Shown piece after piece: positions 59,115-64,000 of a DNA stretch of 64,000 nucleotides (positions are counted from its first letter, which is position 1; each line of letters starts with the position of its first letter). This stretch comes from Oryzomonas japonica (GTDB lineage: Bacteria > Desulfobacterota > Desulfuromonadia > Geobacterales > Pseudopelobacteraceae), in contig NZ_VZQZ01000011.1 in NCBI RefSeq assembly GCF_008802365.1, forward strand, positions 129,501 to 193,500. Reading direction: 5' to 3'. The notes under the pieces are model-generated. The model ran no database searches. It saw nothing but the letters and a program-made list of their open reading frames with translations, and was not told where the DNA came from. The translations under genes and the position numbers were made by a program.

Positions 59115-60089
59115 CTAACGGGCTTCCGCCAATCGGGCACCTTGCGGCGCTCCCTGCGCCAGCGGGAGCGCGGTGTCTTTCGACCAGCCGATCCACGAAC
59201 TGTCGTAGTTGTGCAGCTTCTCCAGCGGCCAGCCGGCGAGGTACAGCGCAAAGAGTGCCTGGGTGGAGCGCACCCCGGACTGGCAGTAGAAGTACTGTTC
59301 CTTATTCCTGTCGTAGCCGAGCGTGTGCAGCAGGTGCTCAAGTTCGGCGGCATTCAGCCACTCGGCCTGATTATCCTTTTTCTTGAACAGTGCCCAGTTG
59401 CTGTGGTTGCTGCCCGGAATCCGGCCGGCGCGGTAGGCGCCCTTCTTCAGCTCCTCGCCGGTAAACTCCTTCAGGTCCCGGTTATCCCACAACTGGGCGG
59501 TTGCACTACCACGCTTGGCATTGATCTCAGGGGTATCAACCCGCAGCCGCGGCTCGGCGATGCGGGCGGCAAAACCACCTCTGCGGGCCCGGGCGTCCGG
59601 GGCCAGGATATCGACCGGATACCCGGCCGCACGCCACGCCTTGACGCCGCCGTCCAACACCCTGACATCCCTCTTCCCGTAATAGGTGAAGGCCCACCAG
59701 AGGCGGGTGGCGTCGTACTTTGTGTCATAGACCACCACAACAGAGTTCTGGTCGATACCGAGCCCCTGAGCCAATCTGCTGAAACCGGCGGCATCGATGA
59801 TATTGCCGGTGACGCCGTTCTGGGTCTCCGGGGGCGCCTCAATGGCCGGGCGATCCACCTGGCGCGAACCGGGGATGTGTCCCAGGCGGTATTCCACGTT
59901 GTTTTCAGCCGCCAGGATCACCAGTTTCGGGTTGTGGACATCGATCAAGCGCTTCAGTTCCTGGACGCTGATCAAAGCGTTCCCCCGGGGGTACCCCTTG
60001 TAGCCGGCCTCTCCGGCAAAGGCACTGGCCAGCGTCAGGTTCAGCAGGGCCAGGATCGTGAAAATAATACGGATCGGTTTTGTGTTCAT
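59115..60089 (-). CDS. periplasmic tandem-rhodanese sulfurtransferase (thiosulfate/3-mercaptopyruvate sulfurtransferase-like)
   Basis: Signal peptide. Two rhodanese modules. Active-site loop YCQSGVRS. Confidence 0.75.
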   Translation of the reverse strand: MNTKPIRIIFTILALLNLTLASAFAGEAGYKGYPRGNALISVQELKRLIDVHNPKLVILAAENNVEYRLGHIPGSRQVDRPAIEAPPETQNGVTGNIIDAAGFSRLAQGLGIDQNSVVVVYDTKYDATRLWWAFTYYGKRDVRVLDGGVKAWRAAGYPVDILAPDARARRGGFAARIAEPRLRVDTPEINAKRGSATAQLWDNRDLKEFTGEELKKGAYRAGRIPGSNHSNWALFKKKDNQAEWLNAAELEHLLHTLGYDRNKEQYFYCQSGVRSTQALFALYLAGWPLEKLHNYDSSWIGWSKDTALPLAQGAPQGARLAEAR

Positions 60090-60224
60090 GGCACGTCTCC
60101 TTTTGAATGGAAAAAGGCCGGGAAATGCCCATGATTATGGGACATTGAACCCGGCCTCCGGTTTTTCCGGTCAGCACAGAATCGTTTGTCGCAGGCCGTG
60201 GGGGCCTGTTCTGTAGTTACGGGC

Positions 60225-60770
60225 TTACGCCCGGTCCATCTGGTAGATGGCAGCCACCGCATGGCTGCGGTAATAATGGCTGATGCGCCGCAGGCCATGG
60301 GGCGCCAGAAGGGTATCGAGTTCCTCGTGGGTAAGGGTCTTGGAGCATTCCGCACACGAGAAATAGTCGTTGCAGGTCGTGTCGCAGCGTTCCTGCGGCT
60401 TGCGGCACCGCACCTCCATCAACAGGTAACCGCCCGGCCTCAGGTTGGCGACGGCGTTTTTCAGGTAGGCGTGCCGTTCGGCGCTGTTCATGATGATGTT
60501 GAACACATAGGTGGACAGCACCAGATCCACGTTCAGGTCGCTGCGGGGCAGTTCATCGGTGGCAAGCAGGCGCTCCACATGGTGAATGGCCGGACACCCT
60601 TCCAGCTTCTCCACCTGTTCCGGCAGGTCGGCGGCATAGACCTGAAACCCTTCCTGTGCCAGGTAAAGGGCGTTGCGCATGGTGCCGGTCCCGTAGTCCA
60701 GAACCTTCGCGGCATTCTGTTTTTTGAAGAAACGACTATAACGTTTCACACTCTCGGCTACGGCTGCCAT
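60225..60770 (-). CDS. class I SAM-dependent methyltransferase (small, TehB/thiol-methyltransferase-like)
   Basis: VLDYGTGTMRNALYLAQEGFQVYAADL is SAM-binding motif I. 181 aa. Confidence 0.65.
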   Translation of the reverse strand: MAAVAESVKRYSRFFKKQNAAKVLDYGTGTMRNALYLAQEGFQVYAADLPEQVEKLEGCPAIHHVERLLATDELPRSDLNVDLVLSTYVFNIIMNSAERHAYLKNAVANLRPGGYLLMEVRCRKPQERCDTTCNDYFSCAECSKTLTHEELDTLLAPHGLRRISHYYRSHAVAAIYQMDRA

Positions 60771-61105
60771 TGCGCCCCCCTTGTTTAAAATATAATAACT
60801 ATAAATTTAATAGATTAATAACATGCAGAAACAAAACCTGTCAAGAAGAATAATCGACATATCCCTTAAGCAGGCATGTTTTGACCGAAATCCCATTGTC
60901 TCCACAAAACCGGTTCAACACCCGGTTGCCTGCCAAGTCCACAACACTCACCTGATGATGCCACGTTCCACCCCTTGCTGTAGATGGCACAACACTTCAA
61001 ATGCAGCTTTCTGGCTGATGGTACGGTTTTTTGAATTACATTGATCGTTTTTATTAATTATATCAATTGGACTGTCGTTTCGAATTAGGTTAGTTTACCA
61101 ACGAT

Positions 61106-61181
61106 GGGCACATAGCTTAGCTGGTAGAGCAGCCGACTCTTAATCGGCAGGTCGTCGGTTCGATCCCGACTGTGCCCACCA
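61106..61181 (+). tRNA. tRNA-Lys (anticodon CTT)
   Basis: Acceptor GGGCACA/TGTGCCC, D-arm GCTT-AGCTGGTA-GAGC, anticodon stem GCCGA/TCGGC with loop CTCTTAA, T-arm GTCGG-TTCGATC-CCGAC, discriminator A plus CCA. Confidence 0.85.
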
Positions 61182-61232
61182 TCTCTTCCCGCCACACTTC
61201 CCTACGCAACGCTATCACCTGCGACCTTACGG

Positions 61233-62105
61233 TCAAATCGCAGCCCCATCGGTAACCAGGCCGTTTTCAAGAGCATAGATCCGGTCTCCCCACGTTCGCG
61301 CCCATGCCCGCAGTTCTTCGGGCTGCATCGGCACAGACGGGCCCGGCTGGGACGCAGCCTCGTCAACGATCTGATTGGCCAGTCTGCGGTAGAAATAGGA
61401 CTGGTTGGAGAGGGGCGACGCCTCGATGACGGTCTTGCCGTACAGTTCGCACTGTCTGACCATCAGGGAGCGGGGGATGCGCCCCATGGTGCGGGTGCGG
61501 GTCTGAACGGCAAAATCGGCGATAAACGATTCCTCGAACGAACTGCTGATGCTGTTGGGGATCAGTCCGCCCACCGGTACCGGCACATTCGATTCGCCAT
61601 AACGGTCCAACATCTTGAAGATGGCGTTGGCGGCATGCAGCGACATGAAATCGGCCGTTGTCACCACAAACACCCGCCGGACCCCGATCTGCTGGACCGG
61701 GGTATAGAAGCTGGAGCAGGTGCTGTCGCCGGAGATGTCGTAGAGCACGAAGTCAGGAGCGACGGCCTCGAACAGGTCGATCCTCTTCAGTTCTGCAAGC
61801 GCGCGGGCTATCTCGGACGATCCGCATTGGCCCGAGCCGAACGGATCACCCAACTCGACGCAGGTGACCCCCTTGAACCCCTTGTGGGCAACGGCATCAA
61901 CAGAGATCTCGCCCCGTTCCCGCAAAAGATCGAACACCGTCGGGATGGGATCGCCGTTGTTGAGGAGGCTGCACGAGTCGCCTTTCGGGTCACATCCAAC
62001 CTGCAGGACGCTGAAACCGGCTTCTGCCAGGGCGGCGCTGAGGTTGGAGGTCAAGGTGGATTTGCCCACTCCCCCCTTGCCGTATAATGCGATGTGTTCT
62101 GTCAT
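61233..62105 (-). CDS. divergent NifH-like P-loop ATPase lacking both canonical 4Fe-4S ligand cysteines
   Basis: P-loop LYGKGGVGKSTLTSN and switch GCDPKGDS are retained. The CAGRG motif is replaced by GSGQCGSS and VVCGGF by DSTCSSF. The C-terminus (RAWARTWGDRIYALENGLV) is collinear with the 52525..53400 NifH-like protein. Confidence 0.75.
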   Translation of the reverse strand: MTEHIALYGKGGVGKSTLTSNLSAALAEAGFSVLQVGCDPKGDSCSLLNNGDPIPTVFDLLRERGEISVDAVAHKGFKGVTCVELGDPFGSGQCGSSEIARALAELKRIDLFEAVAPDFVLYDISGDSTCSSFYTPVQQIGVRRVFVVTTADFMSLHAANAIFKMLDRYGESNVPVPVGGLIPNSISSSFEESFIADFAVQTRTRTMGRIPRSLMVRQCELYGKTVIEASPLSNQSYFYRRLANQIVDEAASQPGPSVPMQPEELRAWARTWGDRIYALENGLVTDGAAI

Positions 62106-62287
62106 GGGTCGCCTCGTTTCCCATCCGGCAATCCGTCGCGGGACTCCGAACGTTTGAAAAGCAAGAGGCCGGGGCTGCCCATGGAAGGGACATGAACCCC
62201 GGCCTCCGGTTTATCCGGTCAGCGCGGAAAAGATGATTGATCGTTGTTCAAAGTTGCGAACGGAACCCCGTCGCCGCCGTTTGAGGA

Positions 62288-62470
62288 TTAAATCCCGCCG
62301 CCGTCCACATATCCGGTTTTGTTGAGCCGGATCTTCTCGCTCTTGTCTACCTGGATCACCCGGCCGTCCTGCACCACCAGGGTCACCGTGCCGAAACGGA
62401 TCGAGCTCAGCGCCTCACGCACGACCTGCTCCAGATCCCGGCTCCATGGTTCAGGGGGCGGGGCGGCCAT
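62288..62470 (-). CDS. YezD/DUF2292 family small protein
   Basis: FGTVTLVVQDGRVIQVDKSEKIRL matches the YezD signature. Start overlaps the cysK stop. Confidence 0.65.
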   Translation of the reverse strand: MAAPPPEPWSRDLEQVVREALSSIRFGTVTLVVQDGRVIQVDKSEKIRLNKTGYVDGGGI

Positions 62471-63423
62471 CAGATGCCCTCGAACAGCGGCGTGGAGAGG
62501 TAGCGTTCAGCCGCGTCGGGAAGGATGGCGACAATGGTCTTGCCGGCAAATTCGTCCAGTTTGGCGAGTCGCACCGCGGCGGCAGCCGCGGCACCGCTGG
62601 AGATACCCACCAGGAGGCCTTCTTCGCGGGACAGCCGCTTGGCGAATTCGATGGCTTCGTTGCTCTCCACCGGTTCGACCCGGTCGATTACCTTGAGGTC
62701 AAGGGTGTCGGGGATGAAACCGGCGCCGATGCCCTGGATCTTGTGGGGAGCCGGTTTAATTGCCTGGCCGGCCAAAAACTGGGTGATGACCGGGCTCTCC
62801 TTGGGCTCCACCGCCACGGAGATGATCTTCTTCCCCTTGGTGTTCTTGATGTACCGGGAGATGCCGGTGATGGTGCCGCCGGTGCCGACCCCCGCCACGA
62901 CCACGTCCACTGCGCCGTCCGTGTCGTTCCAGATCTCAGGGCCGGTGGTCTTCTCGTGGATCTCCGGGTTGGCCGGGTTCTTGAACTGCTGGGGGATGAA
63001 GTATTTCTTGGGATCGGAGGCGGCGATCTCCTCGGCCTTGGCAATGGCCCCTTTCATCCCTTCGGCACCCGGGGTGAGGATCAGGTTGGCACCCAGGGCG
63101 GCCAATACCCGGCGGCGTTCGATGCTCATGGTCTCGGGCATGGTCAGGGTCAGTTTGTAGCCCCGGGCCGCAGCCACGTAGGCCAAAGCGATGCCGGTGT
63201 TGCCGCTGGTCGGCTCGATGATCTCCACGCCCGGCTTGAGCACCCCGCGCTTCTCGGCATCCCAGATCAGGTTGGCCCCGATGCGGCACTTGACCGAGTA
63301 GGCCGGGTTGCGCCCTTCGACCTTCACCAGGACCGTGGCCTTGGCCCCGTCAACGACGTGGTTCAGTTTGATCAGCGGTGTGTTACCGATGGATTGGGAG
63401 TTGTCTGCGTAGATGGTGCTCAT
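62470..63423 (-). CDS. cysK: cysteine synthase A (O-acetylserine sulfhydrylase)
   Basis: PLP Lys motif (NPAYSVKCR), [10 protein letters not shown] and [10 protein letters not shown]. Confidence 0.9.
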   Translation of the reverse strand: MSTIYADNSQSIGNTPLIKLNHVVDGAKATVLVKVEGRNPAYSVKCRIGANLIWDAEKRGVLKPGVEIIEPTSGNTGIALAYVAAARGYKLTLTMPETMSIERRRVLAALGANLILTPGAEGMKGAIAKAEEIAASDPKKYFIPQQFKNPANPEIHEKTTGPEIWNDTDGAVDVVVAGVGTGGTITGISRYIKNTKGKKIISVAVEPKESPVITQFLAGQAIKPAPHKIQGIGAGFIPDTLDLKVIDRVEPVESNEAIEFAKRLSREEGLLVGISSGAAAAAAVRLAKLDEFAGKTIVAILPDAAERYLSTPLFEGI

Positions 63424-63485
63424 GGTTATTCTCCTTTCAGATGTTTACTGCCTATAGAAATACTAGATAAAAAGGGCAAAAAAAT

Positions 63486-63947
63486 TCAGATGCTGAAATC
63501 CAGCACGTTTGCCCGCTTGCTCCGCTCGGTCTCGCTTCGCTCAAGCATGTCCGCTAGGGTCAGGCTGTCCAGCACCTGGGCCAGGGCCTTGTTGACATCC
63601 ACCATCACCAGCCGGATGCCGCAGATTGCCTCGTCGTCGCATTCGTCGCACTTGGCGTAGTTGGTCTCGCTCAAGCACTGCACCGGCGCCAAGTCACCCT
63701 CAAGGATCCGTACCACGCTGCCCAGGGTAATCTTGGCAGGCGGGGAGGCCAGGTAGTAGCCGCCCCCCTTGCCGATCCTGCTCTGGAGGATGCCCCCCTT
63801 GCGCAGGGACAGGAGGATGAACTCCAGAAACTTCTTGGGGATGTTCCCGGCCTTGGCCAGGTCCGAAATCAATACCGGCTGGGAGGTGGGCTGCCCGGCC
63901 AGATGATAGAGCGCCTTAAGCGCGTATTTGGTCTTTTTCGATATCAT
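63486..63947 (-). CDS. Rrf2-family transcriptional regulator (CymR/IscR-like)
   Basis: N-terminal Rrf2 HTH (SKKTKYALKALYHLAGQ...ISDLAKAGNIPKKFLEFILLSLRKGGIL). C-terminal Cys cluster (CDECDDEAIC) suggests Fe-S sensing. Confidence 0.8.
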   Translation of the reverse strand: MISKKTKYALKALYHLAGQPTSQPVLISDLAKAGNIPKKFLEFILLSLRKGGILQSRIGKGGGYYLASPPAKITLGSVVRILEGDLAPVQCLSETNYAKCDECDDEAICGIRLVMVDVNKALAQVLDSLTLADMLERSETERSKRANVLDFSI

Positions 63948-64000
63948 GTCTAGTTGAACTATAGATAAAATAAATATACCCGGACGTCAAGGACTTTTTT

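Overview
This is a high-GC, Geobacteraceae/Desulfuromonadales-like chromosomal segment carrying about 60 protein genes, two tRNAs and a four-copy MITE-like repeat family. No CRISPR array, rRNA or transposase/integrase gene is visible.

The first half (1-41 kb) is largely housekeeping:
- coaD and rsmD.
- tRNA-Arg between two paralogous Gly-linker lipoproteins.
- A UbiB-like kinase and a DUF302 gene.
- A gene-poor 2 kb stretch holding a frameshifted Cache-sensor pseudogene.
- A YcbK-type M15 peptidase, an acyl-CoA thioesterase and a rhodanese.
- An unusual Fe-S oxidoreductase-DedA fusion.
- A substrate-binding-domain/PAS/GGDEF cyclase.
- pyrD/pyrK and rimI.
- A MerA-like flavoprotein disulfide reductase and gabD.
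- A TetR-controlled flavin/nitroreductase/cupin detox cluster.
- pepN.
- A flotillin-like SPFH protein with five tandem 74-aa repeats, followed by an HEAGH zinc-ribbon membrane protein, plsY and an MGDG-synthase-like glycosyltransferase.

The most striking part is a 22 kb block on the minus strand (41.9-63.9 kb). It contains a nitrogenase-like gene set: NifX/NafY-like, NifH-like, NifD-like and NifK-like genes, plus a second NifH paralogue that has lost its cluster cysteines. These are split by and flanked with:
- two NitT/TauT (sulfonate/taurine-type) ABC importers with five substrate-binding proteins;
- a DUF1847-like Cys protein and a QueG/RdhA-like Fe-S protein;
- metY (O-acetylhomoserine sulfhydrylase), a periplasmic tandem rhodanese and a SAM methyltransferase;
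- a cysK-yezD-rrf2 cysteine module.

No nifB radical-SAM gene, nifEN or nifV is present. The locus therefore looks like a Mar-type (methylthio-alkane reductase-like) or still uncharacterised nitrogenase-like C-S-bond/organosulfur salvage system rather than a true nitrogenase. A strong intrinsic terminator sits immediately before the ribosome-binding site of the first gene, suggesting attenuation control. The same 134-196 bp inverted-repeat element that occurs three times elsewhere in the window is also inserted inside this operon. Homopolymer tracts (G10, C9) create at least one apparent frameshift.
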